Shown here piece by piece: positions 13,765 through 25,900 of a stretch of DNA of 64,000 bases (its first letter is position 1; each line of letters opens with the position of its first letter). A model generated the notes under the pieces. It saw only the letters and a program-made list of their open reading frames with translations. It ran no database searches and was not told the origin of the DNA. A program made the translations under genes and the position numbers. Source of the stretch: Camelus ferus (taxonomy: Eukaryota); assembly GCF_009834535.1 (NCBI RefSeq), contig NC_045696.1, positions 81,222,001 to 81,286,000 on the forward strand, written 5' to 3'.

Positions 13765-15606
13765 GCACTGTAATTCATCCATATGAGGAGATAGGTCGAT
13801 TGTCATGCATTTAGTCTCTGGAACCAGAAGGGTGAAGACAAAGCATTTGACTGTCACACTCGTACAGTGTAGTCCAGAGACTTGCCTTGAAAGGAACATG
13901 TTTTGGTCTCATGACCATCTCCCATGCCTGGGACACTCTGGTTGTGAACATGTAGCCAGTGGAGGAGGGATATATTAGACCTGGGAGTACCTGAGTTCTG
14001 ATATCAGACTCCTGTTAGCCCTGTCATGCTCCTTTTCTAAACTAAGTGCACTCCCTTTACTGGATCTTATTTCACGCTGAAAGAGGTTGGCCCCTCATTT
14101 TCTCTCGGAATCTGCTGAGCCAGGAATCCTTTGGTACTGTATTGAACCAAGCCAGGTTGCAGAGAGCACCCTTCACCAGCAGCCTTGGCTGGCTCTCTGA
14201 GAATTTTTTGGCTCCTCTCAGCACAATGTCAATTCTATAATTACCAACTCTCACACAGTGAGTCATCCCTGCCACAGAGAGTGAATACCACTATAACACC
14301 AAGATGGTTTGATCACAAGCTTTCCTTTAATTTACACCCTGAATAATATTTTTCCCTACTAATCTTCAAAAATGAAAAAATAAAGTTACATCTCAAGAAA
14401 TATAACATGGACTTATCTCTGCCAGCTTCTTATCACTAGAAAAAAGTCTAGTAAAGCTGAAAATGCCATTTGCCGTGTCTAAGCTTGTCATTATAAGAGA
14501 GGCATTTTAAACGGCAATCTGAGAGTGAAATGTTTTTGGATTTTACACTGGCCAGGCTGTTCAGAACAGACTCTGAGTGAGAATAGTCAAATATGATAAT
14601 CATCTGCTTTGGAGAACAGAAGGAAGCCCATTTCACTTGGGCTGGACTGATTTTTCAACTTGGAAGACAGTGGCTTCTGGTTTCTCAAAGGCCAAAGGAA
14701 GGAAGTGTTTTCAAGGCATTCTCTCATTTTTTTTAGGTTGTTTTTTCCAAGTTTCTATTTAATTCCCTTTGTGTAAAATGTACTCTTTTCCAGCTAAGAC
14801 CCAAGTTTTCCCATGTAAGCATCCAGATTTCACAACTCAGTTGGATTAGACACTTGGCAAACCTCAAAGTGTGGTAGAGCAGGGCTGCATTCTAAATTAG
14901 CAGGAGGACAGAATAATGAGGGCTGAGAACCCCAAGCAGGCATTTCAAATAAAGAGGAGCTCGGCCCTGTTCTGTGTGCTTGGGTGACAGCTTTGGGTGC
15001 AACCTTAGTGAAACTCCTTCTTCCCTCAGGTGGGAGAAGATGGAAGGAAACAAGAGGGGGAGATGCTTCCAGAAACTTGTTTGTTGTTGTTCAATGTTCC
15101 CAAGGATTAGATCCTAATGTAGGCTTTTTCAGAATTTCAAAATATTTATGACTATCTCCTGAGCAGTTATGCCCTGGGTGGGCGGGGGCGGGGGAAGTGG
15201 TGAAATGACAATTCCTGGAGACTTCAGCTGCTTGCATTATTTTTGTAAATTCACTTTGTAAAATTCATGTCCACCGTTCTTTGTCAACAATGATCTGATT
15301 TGTGGAATAGGAACCCCCTTCTTTGCCTCCTTCCTTCCTTCCCCTTTCCTTTTTCTTTCCTGTCCTCATCCCTGCTTCTTCCCTTCCTTCCTTTTTCCCT
15401 CTCAACTCTGACGGCTCTCTGGGCTCCTGCCCCATTTGCACCTGCCCCCTTTTGATTCTAGAGTGCATGTGGAGGGATGCTGAGCCAGGAGGTATGTTAA
15501 ATTCGAGCTACCATGCAGGCCGGCTGCCTCTGGAGGTCCCCAGGAATGGAAGGGTTACTGAACAGGCAATGGTAGATCCTTATCTGATAGTTCTTGCCTT
15601 TTTCAA

Positions 15607-15662
15607 GACTTTACAAAGGGAAAAACATAGTACTGACTTTACAAAGGGAAAAACATAGTACT
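15607..15662. repeat. Perfect 28-bp tandem duplication (gactttacaaagggaaaaacatagtact x2)
   Basis: Identical copies at 15607-15634 and 15635-15662. Confidence 0.97.
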
Positions 15663-17089
15663 TTAAAGCAAAACATTAGTAATTCAGGCCAGTCTTTCTT
15701 AGGACTTAACCACTGTCCAGTCTCTTTTTAAGGCCCTCCTTTCTTCCTGTGTTCTGGTTGGCTTTGATTAAATTAACGTTGGCTCCTTGAGTTGGTGTAG
15801 CATTCACAAATGAATCAGCTTATGAGGGTGATTTTAATTACCATTTTCCTGCAACCTTTAGCCATTCTTGCAATATGTATTGGTGGGGAGCGTCTGGTTG
15901 AATTGCAAATGCAAAGAAATTAAACATTTGAAGAGTGGCCTTCTTCCAATTTTTTATTTCACCAGACAGTTTTGCAATCTGTGTCTCTACCAGGACGAAT
16001 GCAGGTCTGAAACCACAACCATTCACGGAAGTACCTGTTGTGAAATTAAAAACAAAAGACTTAAGTTCAACTAAGGAAGCTCTTCTGGCCTGTGGCTTTT
16101 CTGAAAAGAAGTCAATGTCAGTTTTAAAAATGAGCATGCACACATCTAAAACTTCTCGGCTTAGAAATCCTATCCAAATTGGTCCTAAGTCACAATTCTT
16201 CCAGATTTTCTTTTATTATTTGAAATATTTTCAGTATTTGATGATTTAAATGGCAAGCAGGTGTCTGATTTTCTTGGATTCTGTCATTTGCCAGCTTTCT
16301 CTTTTGAGAATACATTTCGTGCACCATATTCTGCTACTTGGTGCCCACATTTGGGGAAGAACTGGGGTTCTCTTGCATGCTCTCTCGTGACAGCAGCAGG
16401 AACCTCGCTTCCTCTAGTGAATGTTTGAAGACACATGTTTTGTGTGCCCTGCCACGCTAAGCACCGACAAGGTTCCTGTCCTCAACGGAGCTCACAGCTG
16501 AGGTGTTTAGGAAGGTAACAGTGACTGTCCTCAGCAGTTGGTGGCCTCTAGGGCCTCAGCCCACAGCCTCTGAAGGGAACACCACCCCGCCCCCTGCCGC
16601 AACCCCCCCAAATGCATCTCCGCTCTCTCTTTGGCAGAGGTCTGAATGCTGTGCGTGAGCGGGAGGACCATTCCACAGCATTTCTGGGCCAGTTTCCTCA
16701 CCTGTAAACTAAATTGACCTACATTTGCCTCTCAGAGCACCTTAATCTCTAAAATGTGGAGCTGGAGCTTCATGCCTCTGTGTACGCAATTGTATTTTAA
16801 GCTGTGCTCATTCGTTTTTTCCACAGGGTAAACTAGCGTGTGGGATCTCCATCCCATTTGAGAGCTCCCTGAGGTGAGACTGGCATAGGGGATGGAAAGC
16901 CTGAGGGAAGCAGGGATGAAGGGCCTTGATGTGGGGGAAGGAAGAACACAGACAAACTTCCTTCTGTTTCACTGTCCTCCTGAGTGCTAAGAAGAGTTCC
17001 CAAACTCCTAGCATGTCTCAGGTGACCTGGCCCTGGCTTTCGCCTCTCCAGCTTCAGAGCTCCCTGCCTCACACACAACATCCCGCCTG

Positions 17090-17420
17090 ACTTAAGCATT
17101 GTCTTCCCACAATGCACCAGGCCTCCTCGCGCCCATCACATCAGGCACTTCTACTTCAAGACTCACCTGAAGGGTTTCCTCCATCAGGAAGCCCTCCCTG
17201 CCCTACTCGCTCCAGGCCAGGGTAAGAATCTGGGCTCTCATAATCCCTCATGCTTTCTCCTAATAATGGCTCCTGTCAGAAGTAGAGCAACATCTTTTTA
17301 CTGCTCTGTGGCTTTCACTGAACTGTTCACTCCCCAAGGAAGGGAACTGTGCTTGAGTACATCACTGCCTGCCAAACACTAGGTACTCCATACATATTTG
17401 TTGAAGGGAAAAATGAAGGA
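17090..17420 (+). mobile_element. L2 LINE 3' end
   Basis: cttcaagactcacctgaagggtttcctccatcaggaagccctccctg...taggtactccatacatatttgttgaagg. Confidence 0.75.
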
Positions 17421-17899
17421 GTGGAGGTTTAAAAAAAAATAACGTCATTGAAATTATTGATTTCTGAAATTATTTTTACATCATTGAAATTTGAAAGCCT
17501 CAGTCCTTATTTTCTCCTCAAAAATGTTTCTCTCTATAAACAGAAATGCTGTCTGGTACAGTCAGTACTTTATATCTGTCCTAACTAAGGCCCTTCCTTA
17601 ATGATACTCTAATTTTTGATTCAATCCAAAAATTAAAATTTGAAAGCCTTTAGGCATACAAATCTCAATCTTCATTCCCCCTGTGAACAGAAACCTCAGT
17701 GAATCTCTGTTCAGCTGCCAGGGTTGTTACAGGGAACATCATGTACATCGGCACTGGCTCTACTACCTGGAGCAGTGCTCCGTGTCTCCCTGAGAATCCT
17801 ACACTTCTCTGAGCCAGAAAGGACTTTAAGACTCATGTGACCCAACTCACTGGTTTTTAAGTCTGGGAATGGCGTGGTGACTTTGCAAGGTGGCAGAGG

Positions 17900-18295
17900 T
17901 TATGAACTGGAAGGCTTTCAGCTTGTCTGTAGGCTGGCTTACCTGGAGGCTCAATGTGACTGTTGAAAGCCCATGAGTCAGATGCAGGTGTGAGGCCTTC
18001 CATAACCTAAGAGGGGCTGTTTCGTCCTATGGGTGTTGCATCAGCAAGGAGACTTTTCCCAGAAGGCCTCCAGTGGATTTTGCCTCCTATCTCATTGGCC
18101 AGAAGAGGTCACACCCACTCCTAAGCCAGTCAGTTGCAAGAAGGCTAGGATTATCAAGATAGGTCAGGATTCATACCTGAACTTGGAGTAGTGTCGTTTC
18201 CTTGAGGGGTGGACACTACAACAAAAATGGGGTTCCCTTATCCAGAAAGTAGGGCAGAGTAATCTGTTTTTGGTAGACAACTGACTGGTAGCAGA
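17900..18295 (-). mobile_element. MaLR (MLT1-type) LTR remnant
   Basis: ttttcccagaaggcctccagtggattttgcctcctatctcattggccagaagaggtcacacccactcctaagccagtca...aaaatggggttc, typical of reverse MLT1J/K. Confidence 0.75.
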
Positions 18296-18994
18296 CCTGG
18301 CACTTGCCTTCCTTTGTTCCGCATAGATATGTTAGTGTAATTGCTTACCACAGGGCTTCCACCACCGGGCCTGGCAGATGCTACTCCTCTTGGAAGGCCA
18401 GGTGGACTCCCTTCAAGGTCAGGAGTGAGTGGCTTCCTTTCTCTCCTGCTGAGTCTGCCTGGAGTGCTTCAGAGAAGTTGCTTCCAGACATTGATCTCTC
18501 ATCTTACAGAGTATTTTTTAAGAGTTGTGTTAGTTACAGTCTCTGGTGGGGGGTCAAGCAGATAAACTGAGCTGTGGAATGCGAGCTTTTGTTCTTTCCG
18601 TTGAAGTCCAGATGAACATGATGAGGAGTGGCGTTCAGGCTCGATTCAGAGAGAAGGTGGGATGCGGTGGGATGGGAGTGGGACGTGAACAAGACTGGCA
18701 GAAGCTGAATCTGGCTGTTTTATTAAAAGGTCGGTGAAATCAAACAGAGCAGTTTTTACAAACAGACCTAAGGAAAGGTGAGTCTCTGGGTCAGTCTACC
18801 CTTGCTCTAGGATGTTTAATCAGGGCAGTTGTGACAAATCCCTTCAAGAGGTCTATGGTGAACAGTGTTGGGCCATGCTCTTAGTGCCCCCAGAATGGTC
18901 TGCCATTGACCCCACTGCTGGGTTACGATTGAAAAGTTTATAAACAGGAGTATTCATGTTTTATTCCAGTTATTCATACAGTGTTATCCAAGAA

Positions 18995-19260
18995 TCAGCT
19001 CAAATGTCATCTCTTCAGAGACACTTTTTATACCCAAACCAGTCTTAAGTTGTGTGTCCCCTCCCTCCAAACCACCTTGCCTCTGTGCCCTATTTTTATT
19101 TTCTGAATACCGCAGATGTTGGATCTGGAATGATCTTCTTTTATGTATTTACTTGTTCAATTTTATTAGAATGAGGACTTTGTCTGTCTAACCTATTGCT
19201 GTAGCCCCGGCACCTAGAACAGTGACCTGTAGGCTAGATGCTCAGTTGATTAGATGAGTC
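18995..19260 (+). mobile_element. L2 LINE 3' end
   Basis: tcagctcaaatgtcatctcttcagag...tgctgtagccccggcacctagaacagtgacctgtagg...atgctcagt. Confidence 0.8.
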
Positions 19261-19429
19261 ATACTTTATACAAGGAAGACAGGAAATTAAAGAAGGTTTC
19301 TTTACCTTTGGTATTATAACATGGCTATTTGGCTTGATTTTCTCGAAAATGATACTCGTTTCCCCATCTACCCAACAAATATCTCTTGATTACTAACCAG
19401 GAGTATTCATGTTTTATTCTAGGAACTAA

Positions 19430-19970
19430 TCATCGTGCCCCTGTTTGAAAGTAGACTGACGTTTAGTGGACAGAGATAGACATTTACATGTGAATGTGCA
19501 GATATCATGGTTAAACTTATATACAAAGGAAGGAGGAAACCATTGATTCTGCCTGGGAAGAAACTGGTATACAGAAAATAATGCTTGGGCTGGATCATGA
19601 AATACATGTCTGTTTACCAAGCAAAAAAAGGAAGTGCAGTCCTGGTGAGGAAATCAGCACGAGCAAAGGAGTAAAGATGTGGTGTCGCCTGGAAGGGTGG
19701 GAGAAATGCTGTCGTCCCAAATGGCCAGAGAAGAGCCTCCTAAGGGTGAAGGGGAGGTGAGGGGACATGGTACCAAAGCTGAGATGTGAGAGCCAGACAA
19801 AGGCCCTATGGGCAAAGCTTTGTATATTATACCAAGGATTTTGACTTTAATCCATAAAATACATCTGAATGGAGTATGAAGAGCTATCAAATTTTAAACT
19901 AGGCAATATAGCTATCAGTGTTGTGTCTTGAGACATCATTTATGAAAACATACTGGTTAGATAAGAGTAG
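19430..19970 (-). mobile_element. L2 LINE fragment
   Basis: gtttagtggacagagatagacat...ccaaggattttgactttaatccataa...gagctatcaaattttaaactaggc. Confidence 0.6.
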
Positions 19971-22900
19971 AGCCAGCTTGATTTATGGCTTCTCACACAG
20001 CCCTGTGCTGATTCATGGGCCACCATCTCTCTGGTAGGTCATCTCTAGCAGCAACCGTCTTTCTCTTTTCTTTTCCTTTTAAAATCAGTGCCTTTGATGA
20101 AGACATGGGAGCCCTAAATATGGAATTTAATGGCGACACAAAAGTGGGGATCACTAATCTATGGGTTGATAAAATAAAGATGATCTTAGTAGAGTGGAGG
20201 TACTGTGAATCGGGGTGACGTTGTATAGGGACAAGTGAAATCAACTGAGCAAGTCAGGAGAGGGAGAAGAGACAGCCTTACAACCAACACTGCTGGAAAA
20301 ATGCCTAGGTGTCACCCAGGTCAGGGGAGTGAACAGCTTTGCCCAGCACTAAGATTGTATTTGGGTCTCAAAATCTTAGCAGGGATATTGACTATGTGGG
20401 AGTACTTCCAGTGGAGGAAACCAGCCAAAATTGTGAAGTGTCTGGGATTCATATGATATACAATAAGAAATAAAGAAATAAGATAAATAAATAAATGAAT
20501 AAGAAATCCATAGTTATAGAAACTAAGGATAATTATTTGGGAAAAAATAGCATATCTGAAACATGAGAGCAATCTCTGAAATGTTTGAAAGACTGTCATG
20601 GATGACAGAGATTGGGAAAGGGTTAGGATGACTCAGTGAGTCAACAGAAATGCACTGAGCATCTGCTGTGGGTCACGTATTCTACTGTGGAGTCTGGTAA
20701 GAGTCGTTCCCTGTTGTTAAGGTGTCCTGCATCTCTTGGTGTTTGTTGGACGTATGTCAGTGTGTTGCAGTGCCTGATGAATAGAAAGAGGTAAGAAAGA
20801 GGACAAATGTTAGCGGTATATTGTAAAAGACCCCTCATGTCACGATGAGGTGTTATCCCAAATGTCTTACCTATGCTGGGTTTGATAAACTGTTTCCTTT
20901 GTATGTTTGAAATATAAGGAACATAATCCTAATTCTGAGTCTCTATGTAAGGTTGGAAATGGTGATGAAGGATATATTATTTATGGTATAAGATCTTATT
21001 AGCATTTGCTACAGAGATGAGATTGTATGTTAGATATTTATCAAGTCCTATATGATATGCAAGAAATTATATGAAAATCTTCATCAATTTTGAGTGTTGA
21101 CTTGAGAAGAGCTACATTTATTCACTGTTGAAATGTTGAATACCTCCAATATGGGTATGCTTATTTGCATGTAATGAGTTAAGAAAAAGAATTCATTTAC
21201 TTTAAAGTAGTTGGGCCATGTGAATAATATTTCATGTTTGCATGGAATAACTATCCTCCCCTCATCCCACCTAAAACTTTAAAGTGAAAATCCCACAATA
21301 GGAACAAATATATAACTATCGGTGGAATTGGCACCCAAGGATAATAAGCAGGTTAACTCCTTCAGCATTTCCCAAAAATGTACCTGTTGCTATTTTGGGT
21401 CCCTTATATGCAATCATTTCATGAACATAGAAGCCCTAGGAAATAAGTATGGGTGAGGGTCTGAAGCTCATGAAAGTGAAGTAATTCCCCAGAGTTTTAT
21501 GGCTTAGTAACTAGCAGACCATGGACTTCAGAGCCTTTGTCCTTTCCATTGCAAGCAGGAAAGCTTTAGGGGTGCGACTGGGATGATCAACGCTACACCT
21601 GGACCTACTGGATACTCTTGAGGCTTACAGTGTTAGTGAAAACAGTCAGCAGAATTATATTCCAGAATTTTTCCATTATACGTCTAGCTGTCCTTTGAAT
21701 TAGCACCCTTTCAAAGCGATGAAAAGGTGAGTAGATAGACAGACGACAGGCAAATAGATAGGTTTATGTATGGATGGACAGACTGGCAGAAAGTTGTAAG
21801 TATTAGTAGTCATGGAATGTTAGCTCAAAGTTAAAATTATATGTGCTAACCTTCTGAGCTTACTGCTGCCGTTGATTCTCTTCAGCATTGGATAGAAGGC
21901 AGTTTGTGGAAAGGATTTGTAATCTTTCTTGTATATCCCATATTCTTCAGTGAGACTGTATTATAAAGATGTTTTTTATTTAAATCCATCAGGCTCCTCC
22001 CTATCCCTTTATGAACTATGGTAAGTTACAAGGCGGGCTGGTGATCTCCAAGCAAACTCACTCAGAACGTTAGTGTTGAGGAGAGAGTGGGAAATCCTGG
22101 TGATACACCCACTCCCACCATTACCCGCCCCACCCCCACTAGAGAAAGGGCTTTCACAGCAGTCCTTGTTTAAATCTCACAACGACCAGGAGTGGCCAGG
22201 CTTGCCTTTGGTTTGCGAAAACCAAGCAGGCTGTTCAAGGACATGCACTGGTGGCAGAGCAGACGTGGACGGGGGCGCTGAGGTAGGGGCTTTGCTTGCT
22301 CTTCCATCCCATAATACTCCAGTGGACTGACTGTGTCCTTCTAGCTGCCGAGCCTCCAGCACTTAACATTGTGCCTTGCACATAGTAGGCCTTTGATGGA
22401 GGAAGAAAGGAAAGCAGACAAAATCTCTATAAACTATGACTCATAAGCTGTTAAATAATCTAGTATTAGTGGTCTTAGATTTTTATTAAATACCTAATGT
22501 AAAATAAACCCTTCATCTAGGAAAAGATTTAAAAATAAGAATCTGCAATATTTCAGCAGTGACCCTAGTTATCCTTAAAGCAGCTGGTTTTGGAAAAACA
22601 CCTCATTTGACCCAAAGGGATTTTGTAAAGCATTTTCACCATTAAAGGAAAGGAAAGTTCTATTGAGTTTTTCAAATGCTGTGTGAGCCCATTTGTTTAA
22701 ACTAAACACTGAACTGTCTTAGATTTTAATGAACCTAACTGAAAATTTAGCTAAAAACAACTCATTGGGAACCAGATGGTGCAGCCGCCATTGTGAGCCG
22801 AGCTCAACTCTCTTGTTTTCTGAAGTGCATGTCAATTTAGCTCCACAGAACTCACAGGACAAAGATGCTATTAATTCTGGGAGCCTCTGTACCCTCGTCA

Positions 22901-25900
22901 CCCTCTCTACCCCATTCCTGCCAAATCAACACATCCTTCCTCTCTTGGAAATTAATGCTGTCAGTAAAATGTGTGTGTGTCTTGGGGAGGAGGAAAGAGT
23001 GGGAAGGCATGCCAGCTCCCCAGGTTTTCACTCTCTTCTGTGGGTCGAGAGAACCAAGCCCTGCCCTGCAGATGAACACCTCCAGGGCTGCAGTTAACAA
23101 GGGCAAAAAGAAAGGTGCAGGGCTCGTCAGGAGTGCAAAGCAAGATGTATCTTGGTTAGATCTCTCCAAGAACATTGGATGAGGGGTGAGGGCAATGACA
23201 CAGGCAATGACAAGTGTTCAGAACGACAATACTATGATATTATAAAGAAGGCCTGGCTAAAAAGTACAAGAAGTGAGTGCTTTTCAGTTGTGGCTACCAC
23301 TTTTCAGTGTTTGCCTCAATTTCTGCAAATTTTTGACTGCTAGCCATGTGATTAGACAGGTGTTTTGTTTTCTTCCTGCTCTGTCTATATTGCAGTCTGC
23401 TAGGTTATCCCTTTCCATTTATGGGTACTTAGGTCTTCACAGCATGTGAGGGAAGCAAATTGTAAGGCACAAGAATTTTTTCAGCCATCTTTGTTCAAAG
23501 GGCTTATTGTTGGAAACTCATCACATCTTCATTGGTCTTGGTGGGACTCCTGTGCGGGTTAGCTTCTGGGCCACCAGGCAGGGTTTTCAGAGGTGGTTAT
23601 CACCTGCCAGTTGACAACTACTAAATCTTCTTTCATCCTAAAACCTAAGGCCTATTCCACTGTCTATGAGGTAAGTCTCTAATGGTGGCCCCTGAAAGAC
23701 CACTATGGCTGCCTCCAACTTAAAGGTGTCAGCACTGTGCCTGAATGTAAGGCCTCATCTAAAATTTATTCCCTAAATCTTTATTAAGCACACACACTTT
23801 GTGCCAGGTACACACATACACACATAAAACACATAGTCATTGACTTTGTGGTACAAAAGCTGTGCACATGAAAATTACAAACATCGGTCATTACAGTCAG
23901 TACCTTACAAGGCTGATGGACTCATGGACGTTTATGGGGAGAAATCAAACTTCAGTGGTGTTTGTGTGTGTGTGTGTGTCCGTGTGCGCACACGTGCACG
24001 CCTGTGTGTGCGAAAGTGAACTGAGCGGTCCAAGGCGTAGACCGGGATAATTGGTTACTGCATTGGCAATGAGACCACCATCATCCAATTGTCTCTGCTT
24101 AGATTTCCTGGGGAAAATAAACACAACTTGCACAGTTTCAAAGAGGGCCAGGTGAACAGAAAGCAAACTCCTGGGAACTAGGCTGAAGGGGCAGGAAAGG
24201 GGGCCGGACAAGGCATGGTGTCCCTGGGAGAAATGGAGAGAAGTCCTAAATCGGGCTTGGTTTGTAAGAACTTCCCTTTCATCTGCTGTCAGCTGGAACT
24301 TGGCCGACCCTCACCGAGAGGAGCCCAAGCTTTCTTTCCCGGCTCCAGGGCAGCTTGCACCGAGGCTGTAGGCAGCTGTTTTGAGCCCTGGCTCCCCGTT
24401 GGCCCTCCTTTCTTTGACTGACAGGGGGCATTGGAAATAGGTGAGGGGAATTAGAAAACAGCCAGAGGGAGAAATAAACTAGTCACCCTCCCATCTCCTA
24501 GGCTTTCAGTACTGGCATTGTCTCTCTGAAAGTTGATTTGGGTCAGTTGGGAAATCATTAGTGGGATCGTGTGGCCCTTGAAGCTTCCCTATTTATCAAT
24601 GCTGAGGGCTGTTTGGAATGTGCATTTCCTTTGTCCTGTTCCTCCACAGTGGTGGGAGTCCTAGATGAAATATTAATCGTAAAGTTTTTTTTGTCATTTC
24701 CAGTTGCACAGAGATATTAAGAGTTATGGCCACAAAGCCTTGGTACAGCTATATTTTACTACCCACGTGTCCTCCCTGAGATGACACATACGCTTTTCAT
24801 TTTGCTGCCATTATTCTTCATGAGATCGTGGGGCATCAATCATCTCTGTGGTGGAAAGATGAAGACTAGGGAAAAGAGCGCTGGTCTATAAGCACAGATG
24901 ATGTGTCTGTCTGCAGTGGTAAGGGACAATCTCCGAATGTGAAAACCAAAAAAAGTCTCTGACTTGTGCCTCTGGAATGAGATTCATCGGCAATGAAACC
25001 AGAACCCCAGCCAGCAGTGGGTGATGCAGAGGTGTTTGGAGAACTGTGCTGCTGTCAGCGTAGGTGGAATTCAGTCCCCGCAGGCAGTGTAATGCAGTCA
25101 CAGAGTCTGGGCTGCTTTGAAATGGTAGGGATGCCTGTCCTCCAGAACTCCGCATCAGGTTCGGCTTAGTTGATGGCAAAGATGAATGGGGTGTTAATGT
25201 TCCCCAAGGTGGGTGCTCTTGCAAATGGCCTCCATGTCTTTCTCCGTTGCCCATGGGAACCTGGGTTGGGCTTTACAAGCTGCATGGGTTCTCAAGTACC
25301 TAAGATGCACAGCTTGCTTTGATTGTCATCTAAGTGTTATTTTCCATTCTCAGAAACCAGATCACAAGGACAGAGTGCTGAAATGAGCATAAACACAATT
25401 ACATTAGGACTGTGGGGACTGTGGTGATAGAAGTAGTCATCATGTTGTGAGTATCTGCTCTGTATTTCACACAGACTGTCTCCCAGCGCCTAGATGAGAT
25501 GGGAGATGTTATTGTTCTTAGATGAGGAGAACGTGGGCCATGTGGCTGGTAGCGGTAGAGCTGGGATTTGGATGCCTGCAGTGCTCAGTAAATTTGCACA
25601 CCACAATGTGGACAGGTATATATAAATGGCTTACATTTTTTTTTGTTGAACATGTGGAAGGTGAATTCCTCGTCCTAGAACAGCGTATGACCTGGTCCTC
25701 CCCGCATACGATTCCCCAGTTCTGCAAACACTCTAGGACCTCTGCAAAGTGCCACACAGTGGCGAGCAGCATCTTCCTTTGAGATGGAGCAGATGGAGGG
25801 CTCCACCTTCGGGCTTCATTCTTCCCCCGGCCATTTCAGTGCAGCTAGTCATCATGTCAGACCTACTTCAGGGCTAGAATCAATAGTTTCTGGTGGACTT

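Noticed and set aside
15175..15196. G-quadruplex-capable runs (also near 41310-41340 and 49425-49446)
   Set aside because: Common in mammalian introns; no contextual evidence of function.
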